A stretch of 64,000 bases of DNA, taken from the NCBI GenBank assembly GCA_963823925.1, contig CAWGNI010000007.1, positions 219,333-283,332 of the forward strand, written 5' to 3'. Position 1 is the first letter of the stretch. The number at the start of each line of letters is the position of its first letter. The DNA is from an uncultured Chloroflexia bacterium. GTDB lineage: Bacteria > Chloroflexota > Limnocylindria > Limnocylindrales > CSP1-4. A model generated the notes under the pieces. That model saw nothing but the letters and a program-made list of their open reading frames with translations, was not told the DNA's origin and searched no databases. This document shows, piece by piece, positions 31,563-41,369 of this stretch. The position numbers and the translations under genes are program-made.

Positions 31563-32731
31563 GGGCGGACCTCGCTCCGCGGCCCATCCTGCCGGGCGTC
31601 GACCACCCGACCGTCGATGAAGTGGTCGACGAACCGGTCGCTCGCGCCACCCCGGTGTGGCCCGAGCTGGCGTTCGATGAACGGATCGTAGGCCTCTACG
31701 TCGGAACGCCCTTGCTCGATCGCGTCGATCAGGCCATCGGTGTCGGCCACCTGGACCCCGATCATGTCGGTCCGGTAGTCGAGATAGAGGCCGGGATCCC
31801 GTTCGTAGTCGTCCAGGTCGGGGACGAGCAGGATGATCGGGCGATGGAGGATGGCGAACTCGATCACCGAGGACGAGTAGTCGGTGATCAGGATGTCGGT
31901 GATCGCGAGCAGGTCGTTGATCTCACTGGCCGGATCGGCGACGACATCGAAGCCATCGACGATGGTGGCCGCCGGGTCAAGGTTCGGATGCGTCTTGAGG
32001 ACGAGGACGTACTCGGCAGGGAGCGCCGCGCGCAGCTTCGGCGCGTCCATCCCGGGCGCCGCCCGCTTGCCGATCCCGCGACCGCGGAACGTCGGCGCAT
32101 ACAGGACGACCCGTCGGCCGGCGAGGCCCGGATGCAGTGCGATGACCCGCTGGCGCGCGTCGGTGAGGGCGGCCTCGTCGAAGAACGCGTCCGTCCGTGG
32201 CGAACCGAGGGCAAGCACCTGGTCGACCGGTGTCCGCAGCGCGGCCGCGTATGGGCCGCGGGTCCACTCGCCGCCGACGACGACCCAGTCGTAGTGCCGA
32301 TGGAGGAAGGTCCGCTCAGGCTCCGCCGGCGGTCGCGTCGTATCCACTCCGAACCGTTTCAGGGCACCTGCCGCATGCCACACCTGGACGACGGTCGTCG
32401 AGGCCCGATGGGGCGCCACGTGGATCGGAAGATAGGCGTTGTCGACGATGAACAAGCCCGCCGTCTGGAGGTGGTACATGCCGCGGATGAGGCGGACCAG
32501 GTAGGCGAGCTTGCCGGCGAGCCCATAGCTGTACGGTTCGAGCAGGTAGACGTAGTCGAGCTCGGGGTGACGCGCCCGCAAGGCCCGATCGAGGTAGAGG
32601 AGATTGCCGTCGAGGGTGGCCACCCGTGCCGTCGCGAGGACCACGCGGTCCGGGTGGGTCGGGAGCCGCATCGCCACCAGCCGGACGAGACGGAGCAGCG
32701 CGCTCGCAAGCCGGTATTCGAACAGGCGCAT
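31559..32731 (-). CDS. CDP-glycerol/alditol glycerophosphotransferase family protein (TagF/TagB-like) 1
   Basis: VVQVWHAAGALKRFG, VLYAPTFRG, LKTHPN and DILITDYSSSVIEFAILHRPIILLVPDLDDY are hallmark Glyphos_transf motifs. Confidence 0.85.
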   Translation of the reverse strand: MRLFEYRLASALLRLVRLVAMRLPTHPDRVVLATARVATLDGNLLYLDRALRARHPELDYVYLLEPYSYGLAGKLAYLVRLIRGMYHLQTAGLFIVDNAYLPIHVAPHRASTTVVQVWHAAGALKRFGVDTTRPPAEPERTFLHRHYDWVVVGGEWTRGPYAAALRTPVDQVLALGSPRTDAFFDEAALTDARQRVIALHPGLAGRRVVLYAPTFRGRGIGKRAAPGMDAPKLRAALPAEYVLVLKTHPNLDPAATIVDGFDVVADPASEINDLLAITDILITDYSSSVIEFAILHRPIILLVPDLDDYERDPGLYLDYRTDMIGVQVADTDGLIDAIEQGRSDVEAYDPFIERQLGPHRGGASDRFVDHFIDGRVVDARQDGPRSEVRP

Positions 32732-32739
32732 CCGTCCGG

Positions 32740-33444
32740 CTAGGTCCGGGTCCGAACGACGATGTTCTGACCGTCGAGGGTGACTTCGGTGTCGCTCATG
32801 AGCTGGGCGATGACGTCCGCGACCTGGGTCGGTTGCATGATCGACGATGGGTCCTCTTCCGGCGCGAGCTTGCGTCGGAGTTCGGTGGCGGTCCGGCCGG
32901 GCGAGATGCTGTAGACCCTGATCCCGCTACCCGCCAGTTCGTCGGCCAGGGTGGCGGAGAGGGAGACGACCGCGGCCTTGGATGAGGCATACGCGAGCCA
33001 GCCCGGCCGGGACGTGATGCCCGCGGTCGAGGCCACGTTCAGGATCTTGGCCGGTCGGTCGTACATGAACCTGGCCGCCTCACGGATGAGCACCAGCATC
33101 GCGAAGACGTTGATGGTGTACGTCTTCTGGATGTTGTCGATCTCGGTGTCGAGGAGGGATCGAGGATCGGCATATCCGGCGATATTGAGCAGGATGTCGA
33201 TGCTGCCATAGGTCGTGTGGATCCGGCGCACGAGTGCCGGGATGCCGTCGAGATCCATGAGATCGTACGGGACGAGCTCGACCACCTTGTCGTGCTCGCC
33301 CATCTCCGCCTTGGTTCCCGCGAGGCCTGCGGCGTTCCGCGCGATGAGGACCAGCGTGCCGACGTCCGGCTCGCGGCTCATCCGCACCGCCGCCGCCCGG
33401 CCGATGCCCTGGCTGGCCCCGGTGATCACACAGACCTTGGCCAT
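32740..33444 (-). CDS. Short-chain dehydrogenase/reductase (SDR)
   Basis: VCVITGASQGIGRA (TGxxxGxG), NIAG, and YASSKAAVVSL (YxxxK). Confidence 0.85.
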   Translation of the reverse strand: MAKVCVITGASQGIGRAAAVRMSREPDVGTLVLIARNAAGLAGTKAEMGEHDKVVELVPYDLMDLDGIPALVRRIHTTYGSIDILLNIAGYADPRSLLDTEIDNIQKTYTINVFAMLVLIREAARFMYDRPAKILNVASTAGITSRPGWLAYASSKAAVVSLSATLADELAGSGIRVYSISPGRTATELRRKLAPEEDPSSIMQPTQVADVIAQLMSDTEVTLDGQNIVVRTRT

Positions 33445-33447
33445 CGA

Positions 33448-34134
33448 TCAGCCCACGCGTCCGATCGAGTCGGCGTAGATCGCTTCCGCGGTCACGATGT
33501 CCGTCGGTACCGTGATCTTGATGTTCCGTTCCGATCCGGGCAGGATCCGGACCGGTTCCTTCGCATACTGGTGGAACAGGCTGGCGTCCTCGGTGAAGAC
33601 TGCCCCGTCCGCGCGGGCGGCTTCGTGCGCTGCGGCAAGTCGTGCCCGGTCGAACTTCTGCGGCAGTTGGACATTGACGAGCTCGTCGCGTGCGAGCAGC
33701 CCCTCGACGTAGTCATGGCCTTGCAGGACGGTGAACGGGATCGGGATCCCGAACATGGCATTGGGGTCGCCGGCCGCGATGAGCGCGCGGAATTCGTCGA
33801 CCGTCACCAGTGGCCGGACGGCCTCATGGATGATGACCGAGTCGCAGTCCGTCAGGCGCTGGAGCCCGAGGTAGGCGGACTCCTGTCGCGACGCCCCTCC
33901 GATGATGCAGCTGAAGCGGTCGTCGAACCCGTGGTTGGCGATGAGTTGTCGCGTCTCCTCAAGGTGCGTCTCGGGACAGGTGACGACGACCTCGTCGATC
34001 TCCTTGATGATCCGCGCCTTCTCCAGCACGTGGATGATGAGCGGCTTCCCGCCCAACAGGAGGAACTGCTTCGGAACGGGGCGTCCGATACGCTTCCCGA
34101 CGCCCCCGGCGAGCACGATCATCCCGATCTTCAT
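33448..34134 (-). CDS. IspD/TarI-family cytidylyltransferase (alditol-phosphate cytidylyltransferase candidate)
   Basis: MKIGMIVLAGGVGKRIGRPVPKQFLLLGGKPLIIHVLE... and IHEAVRPLV. GGAGGA lies 6 nt upstream of ATG 34134, which is internal to ORF 33448..34185. Confidence 0.85.
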   Translation of the reverse strand: MKIGMIVLAGGVGKRIGRPVPKQFLLLGGKPLIIHVLEKARIIKEIDEVVVTCPETHLEETRQLIANHGFDDRFSCIIGGASRQESAYLGLQRLTDCDSVIIHEAVRPLVTVDEFRALIAAGDPNAMFGIPIPFTVLQGHDYVEGLLARDELVNVQLPQKFDRARLAAAHEAARADGAVFTEDASLFHQYAKEPVRILPGSERNIKITVPTDIVTAEAIYADSIGRVG

Positions 34135-34179
34135 GGAGTCCTCCGGTGCGCCACCGTTGTCAGCCAGAGCGTACGCGAT

Positions 34180-35334
34180 ATGCACTCGCGGGTCGCAGCC
34201 CGGCTATCATCGGGCACTGCGAGCGGCGGTTGCCGCGACCCGCGGACCCACAGGGAGGCAGATGCCAGCACGCGCCCGAACCTGTTCGCGTCACGGCTGA
34301 TCTCCGAGATGTCGGGCAATCTGCAGGTGGTCCGCGACCGGATGCTCGAGCGCGGCCTCGACCGCGACCTGGAGATCGTCACGATGCTCAAGCCGGGCAT
34401 CACCGCACGCTGGTCGCTCGCCGACCGGTTCCGCCTCGCCCGCCTGCTGGTCAGCTCGGACGTCATCCTCGTGGACGATGTGTTCCAGCCGCTCAACTGG
34501 GCGAGGCCTGACCCGCACGTCAAGATCATCCAGCTGTGGCACGCCTCGGGCGCCTTCAAGACCATCGGCTACAGTCGCGCCGGCAAGCCGGGCGGGCCCG
34601 ACCCATTCGGTTCGACGCACCGGAACTACACGACCGCGATCGTGAGTTCCATCCACGACATCCCGTTCTACGCTGAAGCGTTCGGGATCCCGGAGTCCGC
34701 CGTCGTCCCGACCGGGATCCCGCGGATGGACCGATACTTCGATCCCGTCGGACGAGCCGCAGGACTCGGAGCGGCGCAGGCGGCGTTCCCCGAGATGGAT
34801 GGTCGATGGACCATCCTGTTCGCTCCGACCTACCGGGGCGAAACGTACCGGGATGCGTTCTACGGGTACGAGCAGATCGACTATGCGGGGCTGCACGCGC
34901 TGTGTGTCGAACGTGACGCCGTCGTCATCTTCAAGATGCACCCGTTCGTCCAGGACGCCCCGATCATCCCCGAGCCATTTCGTGACCGGCTGATCGATGG
35001 GTCGGCGGCCGCCATCGACGTCAATGACCTGCTGTTCGCGGTCGACCTGCTCATCACGGACTATTCATCGATCGTGTTCGAATACTCCGTGCTGGACCGC
35101 CCGATGCTGTTCTTCGCCTACGACCTCGACGAGTACGTGGCGACGCGCGACTTCTATGTGCCGTTCGAGGCATTCGTGCCGGGCCGGATCGTCCGCACGT
35201 TCGCCGACCTGCTCGATGCGATCCGTCGGGATGACTACCAGGCCGACAAGGTGGCGGCGTTCGCCCAGCGACATTTCGCCCATCTCGATGGCGGGTCAAC
35301 GGACCGCGTCATCGACGAGTTGATCCTGTCCTGA
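34180..35334 (+). CDS. TagF-like CDP-alditol phosphotransferase 2 (start uncertain)
   Basis: IIQLWHASGAFKTIGYS, ILFAPTYRGE, FKMHPF, and LLITDYSSIVFEYSVLDRPMLFFAYDLDEY. Only the last 385 codons of ORF 33217..35334 are credible. A strong AGGGAGG-ATG at 34262 is in another frame, so an N-terminal frame change is possible. Confidence 0.8.
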   Translation: MHSRVAARLSSGTASGGCRDPRTHREADASTRPNLFASRLISEMSGNLQVVRDRMLERGLDRDLEIVTMLKPGITARWSLADRFRLARLLVSSDVILVDDVFQPLNWARPDPHVKIIQLWHASGAFKTIGYSRAGKPGGPDPFGSTHRNYTTAIVSSIHDIPFYAEAFGIPESAVVPTGIPRMDRYFDPVGRAAGLGAAQAAFPEMDGRWTILFAPTYRGETYRDAFYGYEQIDYAGLHALCVERDAVVIFKMHPFVQDAPIIPEPFRDRLIDGSAAAIDVNDLLFAVDLLITDYSSIVFEYSVLDRPMLFFAYDLDEYVATRDFYVPFEAFVPGRIVRTFADLLDAIRRDDYQADKVAAFAQRHFAHLDGGSTDRVIDELILS

Positions 35335-36510
35335 TGCGCGGTCGTCGTCCTCTCGATCCGGATCGGCCTGGTCCGGTTCGCGTTCGCGCTGGCCCGTCGG
35401 TCGCCACTCCGCCGCCGGGTCGTCCTGGCCACGGCCCATTCGGCCCGGCTGGCGGGGAACCTGGCCGCGATCCATGCCGAGTTGACCGCCAACCATTCGT
35501 CGATCCCGGTCGTCGTCCTCGCGCGACGACCGGCCCGCGGCGTCCGTGGCCGCCTCGCCGCGATGGGGCAGGCGCTCGAGGCCGGCTACTACCTCGCCAC
35601 ATCCCGCGTCTTCATCGTCGACGACTACTTCTTCCCGATCTACGTCATCCGTCCTCGTCCCGGCACGACGATCATCCAGACATGGCACGCCTGCGGCGCA
35701 TTCAAGAAGGTCGGCTACAGCCTGCTCGACCGGTCGTTCGGTGCCGATGAAGCACTGGTCGACCGGGTAACGATCCACTCGAACTACGACGTCTGCCTCG
35801 TCGCATCACAGGCGTCCGCGCCGGCGTACGCAGAGGCGTTCCGCCAGCCGCTGGACCGGTTCCGGTCTGACCTTGGGATCCCGCGGACCGACGTCTTCTT
35901 CGGCGACGACCGGATTGCCCGGACCAGGGCAGCCGTCCGGTCCCGGTACGGCCTTGCCGAAGACCGCCGGATCATCCTCTATGCCCCGACCTTCCGAGGC
36001 GACACGATCACCAACGCCCATGCCACCGACGACCTGGATCTGGCTGTCCTTCGGGCGAGCCTGGCCGACGATCACGTCCTGCTCGTCCGGCTCCATCCGT
36101 TCGTGCGATCGGCGACGGCCATCGGACCGGATCTGGCGGACTTCGCCATCGACGTCTCCGACTACCCGGACATCAACGAGCTGATGCTGGTCAGCGACGT
36201 CCTGGTCACGGACTACTCGAGCGCGATCTTCGAATTCGCCCTGCTCGACCGGCCGATGGTCTTCTTCGCGCCCGACTACGAGACCTACGAGCGCGAGCGT
36301 GGCTTCTACTTCGACTACCGGACCGGCGTGCCAGGCCCGATCTTCGAAACGAGCGAGGCCCTGGCGGCATTCCTGCGCGCTCGCGTCTTCGACCTCGAGC
36401 GGGTCGCCCGATTCCGCGAGGCGTCGTTCGACGTCGCAGACGGCCACGCGACGGCCCGCGTCACGAATGAGCTGATCATCCCGTCTTTGACTCGGGCGGG
36501 AGAACACTGA
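35334..36510 (+). pseudogene. TagF-like CDP-alditol phosphotransferase 3, frame change within the first few codons
   Basis: TGATG overlap with the upstream gene gives ATG 35334. The homologous N-terminus AVVVLSIRIGLVRFAFALARRSPLRRRVVLATAHSARLAGNL... opens at 35338 in the +1 frame, the frame of ORF 35482. Motifs: IIQTWHACGAFKKVGYS, ILYAPTFRGD, VLVTDYSSAIFEFALLDRPMVFFAPDYETY. Confidence 0.8.
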
Positions 36511-36586
36511 TAACGCTGCGGTCGCGGCCCTTCGAAGGCCCGGTGTACCATACCGCGGCCCTCCATCCCCGGCGTCTGCCGGCCAT

Positions 36587-38349
36587 GTGACAGGAATCGA
36601 CCGGACCATGACCTTTCGTGCCAAGCCCGTCGTCAAGCGCGCCCACCGACCCGCGTGGGAGACGCAGGACCGACGGAACTTCTACCTCAACATCGGATTC
36701 GGGATCGTCGTCGTCGTGGGCATCGCCATGCTCCTCATCGCGGCCGGACTGAACTACTACAACGAACACCTCGCATCGGTCGGCAGCGTCAACGGTCAGT
36801 CCATCTCCAAGGACGACCTGCGCGACCGCGTCGCCGTCGACAGCTGGCGCCTGACCGAGACCGGTCGCCGCATCTCGAACGCGGTAGCGGCTGGCCAGGT
36901 GACCCAGGCCCAGGGTGCCCAGCAGCAGCAGTCCGTCACCACCGCGCTCGGGCAGATCCAATCGGTCTCGCTCGAGCGACTCATCGATGCGAGGCTCCAG
37001 GCGCAACTTGCCGCCGACGAAGGCGTCACCGCGACGCCCGAGGAGATCGACGCCCGATTCACCAAGGACGCGACGACGCCGGAGCAGCGGCATCTCTGGA
37101 TGATCGAGGTCAAGCCGGTCACCGATCCGGGAGCACTCGAACCGACCCAGGCCCAGATCGACGCCGCCAAGACCAAGGCTGACGCCGCGCTGGCCGACCT
37201 GGCGTCCGGGACCGCCTGGGAAGACGTCGCCAAGACCGTTTCGACCGACACGGCGAGTGCCCCGCAGGGCGGCGACATCGGCTGGCGGCAGGCTGACGAC
37301 ACCCAGGCGGATGAAGCATTCCTGAAGGCGCTCTTCGCGGCCAAGGTCGATGAGCCGACGGCCGTGATCGTCGGGGCCGATGGCGTCTACCGGATCGGCC
37401 GGGTCAGCGAGATCACGCCCGAGTCCGTCGACGCCGGAATACCAGACCAAGCTCGTCAACGATGGGGTCACCATCGACCAGTACCGCAAGGTCCTCGCTG
37501 CGGACGTGATCCATGCCAACCTCCAGGACAAGCTGGTCGCCGGCCTGACCGGCGCCGCTCCGCAGCGCCAGGTCCAGGAGATCTACGCCAAGGAGGCGGC
37601 ACCCGATCTCGGCCCGGACGCGATCAAGACCCGGCACATCCTGTATGCACCGAACGACGATCCCTCCAACGCTTCCAGCGTCGCGGCGGACGATCCGGCA
37701 TGGACCATCGCCGAGCAGAAGGCACTGGCCGCGTACGTCAGGCTCCAGACCAACCCCGAGCTGTTCGATTCGATCGCCCGGACCGAGAGCGACGAGACCC
37801 AGGCGCAGGGGCCGACCGGCAGCGGCGGCAAGCTCCCGTACTTCGACAGCCAGAGCCAGGTGGACGCCGCCTTCCTTGCCGCCATCCTCGTGCCCGACCT
37901 CAAGGACGGCCAGATCCTCGAACCGGTCAAGTCCAGCTTCGGCTGGCACGTCATCCAGGTGATGTACCACCCGACCGACGAAGCCCATTTCCAGATGCTC
38001 AAGCAGCAGGCGGATAGCGGCGCCGACTTCGCGATCCTGGCGCGGGACAATTCGGAGGCGCCCACGGCGGGGACCGGTGGCAGACCTCGGCTGGGTCACC
38101 CAGGGTCAGCTCGACGATCAGCTCACCGCAGCGATCTTCGCGGCGCCGATCGGCAAGACGTCGGACGTCGTGGCGGTCTCCGGCGACGGTACGTACCTGT
38201 TCAAGGTCACCGCGGAGGAAGTCCGGACGCCGGAGGGTCGACAGCTCGACGAGTTGACGTCGTCCACCTTTACGAAGTGGTACGACGCAAAGAAGGCGGC
38301 CGCCGACATCCAGCGGGACGACTCGGTCGTACCTAGCACGCTCAACTAG
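36587..38349 (+). pseudogene. SurA/PrsA-like peptidylprolyl isomerase (SurA_N + two parvulin-like domains), two frame changes
   Basis: The TM anchor plus VGSVNGQSISKDDLRDRV (SurA_N) is in ORF 36587. EYQTKLVNDG...IKTRHILY...GGKLPYFDS...SSFGWHVIQV is in ORF 37380. GGDLGWVTQGQLDDQLTAAIF...YLFKV is in ORF 38077. Frame changes lie near 37435 and 38080. ATG 36608 is an alternative start. Confidence 0.8.
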
Positions 38350-38364
38350 GCAAGGAGGGGGCGA

Positions 38365-39496
38365 GTGCTCGACGCGCTCGTCGCAGAGGCGCGACTTCGC
38401 TGGGGGTTCGATCCGGCGGACGGCCTCCAGGTCATCGCCGGCGAGGTCCTCGCGGCGAGCCCGATCGAGCCCTCGCGCCCGGTCCTGGTCGTGCCCCTGG
38501 CATCGCTCCGGACCGTCCACGAGGAACAGGGGGCGCCGGCCTTGCCCGGCCGCGCCGGCGCTGGATGGGGGCGACCCGATCGCCGTCCTTCGGCGCCTGT
38601 ATCCGGTGGCCCACCCGGTTGGTCAATTCGGCGGCCCGGACGGGATGACCGTCGGGTCGCTGGATCGCGCCTCGCTCGACGCGCCGTTCTATCTCGCCCC
38701 GGTCGCACCAGAGCTGGCGGTGGCCGGCCCATGGGCGATGCCCTGGATCTCGGCCCGACTCCGAGCGCCGGACGGCTGTCCGTGGGATCGCGAGCAGACC
38801 CACACGTCCCTTCGCAAGCATCTGCTCGAGGAAGCGTATGAGGTCTACGATGCGCTCGAGGCCGGAGCGACTCCCGAGCTTGCCGGTGAACTCGGCGACC
38901 TGTGGCTCCAGATCGTGCTCCATGCGCAACTGGCGGCAGAGGCCGGCGTCTTCGACCTGACCGATGTCCAGGCCGCGATCGCGACCAAGATCGTCCGCCG
39001 CCACCCGCATGTCTTCGGCGACGCCGTGGCCCGGACCGCTTCGGACGTCAACCGGCAGTGGGAGCGGATCAAGGCGGACGAGCGAGCATCGGCGGCGGCG
39101 CCGGAAGGTGCCCTCGACGGGATCAGTCCGTCCATGCCCGCCCTGGCGGCAAGCCAGGAGATGCAGGAACGGGCGGCGAACCTCGGGTACGACTGGCCGT
39201 CGATCGACGGCGTGCTGGAGAAGGTCACCGAGGAGGCCGAGGAATTCCGCCAGGCGACCACGGAAGGGGAGCGGGCCGAGGAGTTCGGTGACCTCCTGTT
39301 CGTGCTCGTCAATCTCGCTCGGCGGTCCGGGATCGAGGCGGAAGCCGCGGTCCGATCCGCGAATGCCAAGTTCAAGCGTCGGTTCGCCAGCGTCGAAGCC
39401 GCCGCCGCAGCTGACGGTGTCGCCTTGCGCGACCTCGACTTCGATGCGCTCGATGCGCTCTGGGACGCCGCCAAGGCGAAGGAGAGGAATCCATGA
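38365..39496 (+). pseudogene. mazG: MazG nucleoside triphosphate pyrophosphohydrolase with N-terminal extension, one frame change near 38540-38575
   Basis: AAGGAGGGGG lies before GTG 38365. After the frame change: CPWDREQTHTSLRKHLLEEAYEVYDALE...IVRRHPHVFG and a second MazG repeat EEAEEFRQA...EEFGDLLFVLVNLARRSGIEAEAAVRSANAKFKRRF. Confidence 0.8.
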
Positions 39497-40230
39497 CGAT
39501 CGGCAACCGGCCGCCTACCGTTCGAGCCGATGGCCGCGGACCCAACGACCTCCGGCCCGTCACGTTCACCCTCGGTGTCCAGAAATGGGCCGAAGGCTCG
39601 TGCCGGATCAGGGTCGGCGACACGGAGGTCCTGTGCGCGGCCACGATCGCCGACCGTGTTCCGCCGCATCTTCGCGGGAAAGGGACGGGCTGGGTCACCG
39701 CCGAATATTCGATGCTGCCGCGGGCGACCGCGGAGCGAACGGACCGGGAATCGGTCCGCGGCAAGATCGGGGGCCGGACGCACGAGATCCAGCGTCTGAT
39801 CGGGCGATCGCTCCGTGACGCCGTGGACCTCACCCGGATCGGCGAGCGGACGATCACCGTGGATTGCGACGTCCTGCAGGCAGATGGCGGGACTCGGACG
39901 GCCTCGATCACGGGCGGCTACGTCGCGCTCGCGGCTGCGCTCATCACGTACGGGATGGATCGACACCTGGTCGGCAAGGTCGCCGCGGTGTCCGTCGGCC
40001 TGGTCGACGGCGTGCCGCTGCTCGACCTGGACTACTCGGAGGACTCGCGCGCCGACGTGGACTTCAACGTCGTCGGCACCGATGCGGGCGCGTACGTCGA
40101 GCTCCAGGGGACGGCGGAGGGCCGGCCATTCGACCGAGCCGCCAATGATCGATTGCTTGACCTGGCAGACACCGGTCTGGCCCGGCTGTTCGAGGCGCAG
40201 ACGGCGATCCTGGCCACCGTCCGACGGTGA
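39493..40230 (+). CDS. rph: Ribonuclease PH
   Basis: [13 protein letters not shown]...[14 protein letters not shown]...[15 protein letters not shown]...[22 protein letters not shown] overlap with mazG. Confidence 0.95.
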   Translation: MTIGNRPPTVRADGRGPNDLRPVTFTLGVQKWAEGSCRIRVGDTEVLCAATIADRVPPHLRGKGTGWVTAEYSMLPRATAERTDRESVRGKIGGRTHEIQRLIGRSLRDAVDLTRIGERTITVDCDVLQADGGTRTASITGGYVALAAALITYGMDRHLVGKVAAVSVGLVDGVPLLDLDYSEDSRADVDFNVVGTDAGAYVELQGTAEGRPFDRAANDRLLDLADTGLARLFEAQTAILATVRR

Positions 40231-40859
40231 CACGACGGCGTCTGCTCGTCGCGACACGCTCGGTCCACAAGCTGCGCGAGTTGCGGGAATTGCTCGCCCT
40301 GGACCATACGGACCTCGTCTCGCTCGACGACCTGGGTATCCCCGGTGACCCGATCGAGGACGGCGAAACGTTCGAGACGAACGCTGCGATCAAGGCTCGG
40401 TTCGGGGTGCGGGCGAGCGGCTTGCCGACGCTCGCCGACGACTCCGGGATCGAGGTGGATGCACTCGACGGCGGGCCGGGCGTCCGGACCCGTCGGTATG
40501 CGGGCGAGGACGCGACGGACGATGACAACAACCGCCGGTTGCTCGGGGCCCTTGACGGGCTTCCGGCTGACCGGCGCGGGGCACGCTACGTGTGCGTCCT
40601 CGCCCTCGCGCTGCCGGACGCGCTCGGTCCGCGCGGGGGCGTGACGCTGACCTTTGCCCGGGGCACCTGTCGGGGCCGGATCGCCACCGGGCCGAAGGGC
40701 ACCGGCGGGTTCGGCTACGACCCGATCTTCGAACCGGCGTCGGAGCCGCCCGGTGGACGGACCCTCGGCCTGTGGACCCCGGCCGAGAAGCATGCCATCT
40801 CCCACCGGGCCCGGGCAGCCCGACGGATGGTGGGCCGACTCACGACCCTCGGGTTCTGA
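40227..40859 (+). CDS. rdgB: RdgB/HAM1 non-canonical purine NTP pyrophosphatase
   Basis: [14 protein letters not shown]..., [53 protein letters not shown] overlap with rph. Confidence 0.9.
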   Translation: MTRRRLLVATRSVHKLRELRELLALDHTDLVSLDDLGIPGDPIEDGETFETNAAIKARFGVRASGLPTLADDSGIEVDALDGGPGVRTRRYAGEDATDDDNNRRLLGALDGLPADRRGARYVCVLALALPDALGPRGGVTLTFARGTCRGRIATGPKGTGGFGYDPIFEPASEPPGGRTLGLWTPAEKHAISHRARAARRMVGRLTTLGF

Positions 40860-40885
40860 CCGGGACACGAGGGCGGCAGTCGGCC

Positions 40886-41037
40886 CTGGGCCGCATGGTC
40901 GGCCCCGCCACTCGGCACGATCGGCCCCACTCGGCACGTCGGCCCGCGGTCGGCCGAAGCCGGCACCTCGGCCCGCGGGCCGCCACACGGTCGGCCGAAG
41001 CCGCACGGTCGGCCCGGGCGCGGCACGGTCGGGCCTG
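40886..41037. repeat. Degenerate tandem array of a GGCAC(G)GTCGGCC(C) core in a convergent intergenic region
   Basis: Seven or so copies: ggtcggcccc..ctcggcacgatcggcccc..ctcggcacgtcggccc..ggtcggccgaagccggcacctcggccc..ggtcggccgaagccgcacggtcggccc..ggcacggtcgggcc. Spacing is irregular at about 19-25 nt. Confidence 0.6.
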
Positions 41038-41222
41038 GCAGTTGGCAGGATTCTCACCGCCGGACCGTTATGGCTGGTTTCGCCCAGTCCGCTGGTCAGT
41101 TCCGGACTCGCAACCGGGCGCCGCAGCCAATTCCGTGCGTCAGATCTACCGGCGCGACCGTCCAGAGGGCCCCCACCAGCCGCCCATCCGACATAAGGGT
41201 CCGCCCATGAGAATCCTGCCAG
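41035..41222. repeat. Imperfect long hairpin / terminal-inverted-repeat element of about 190 nt (MITE or structured sRNA candidate)
   Basis: CCTGGCA(gttggca)GGATTCTCA (41035-41058) pairs with TGAGAATCCTGCCAGG (41207-41222). Pairing continues inward: GGACCgTTATG (41064-41074) with CATAAgGGTCC (41191-41201). Confidence 0.5.
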
Positions 41223-41369
41223 GTTCCGCGCCGGGCGAACGGCTGCGCTACGCGCCGGCAGGGGTCACGCGCGGGCGAGGGGTGCGCTACACGCCGGCCA
41301 GGTCACACGGGGGCAAAGGGCTGCTCCACGCGCGGGCGCAAGCGCTGCGCTCGCCCCCCCGCGGCCAGG

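Noticed and set aside
33217-34179. N-terminal 320 codons of the 705-aa ORF 33217..35334.
   Set aside because: This part is antisense to the well-supported SDR and cytidylyltransferase genes and has no TagF similarity. Only the part from about 34180 onward is coding.
40886-41037. Possible CRISPR array, because of repeated GC-rich units.
   Set aside because: The repeat cores are only about 13 nt, degenerate and irregularly spaced (about 19-25 nt). There are no unique spacers of uniform length and no cas genes nearby.
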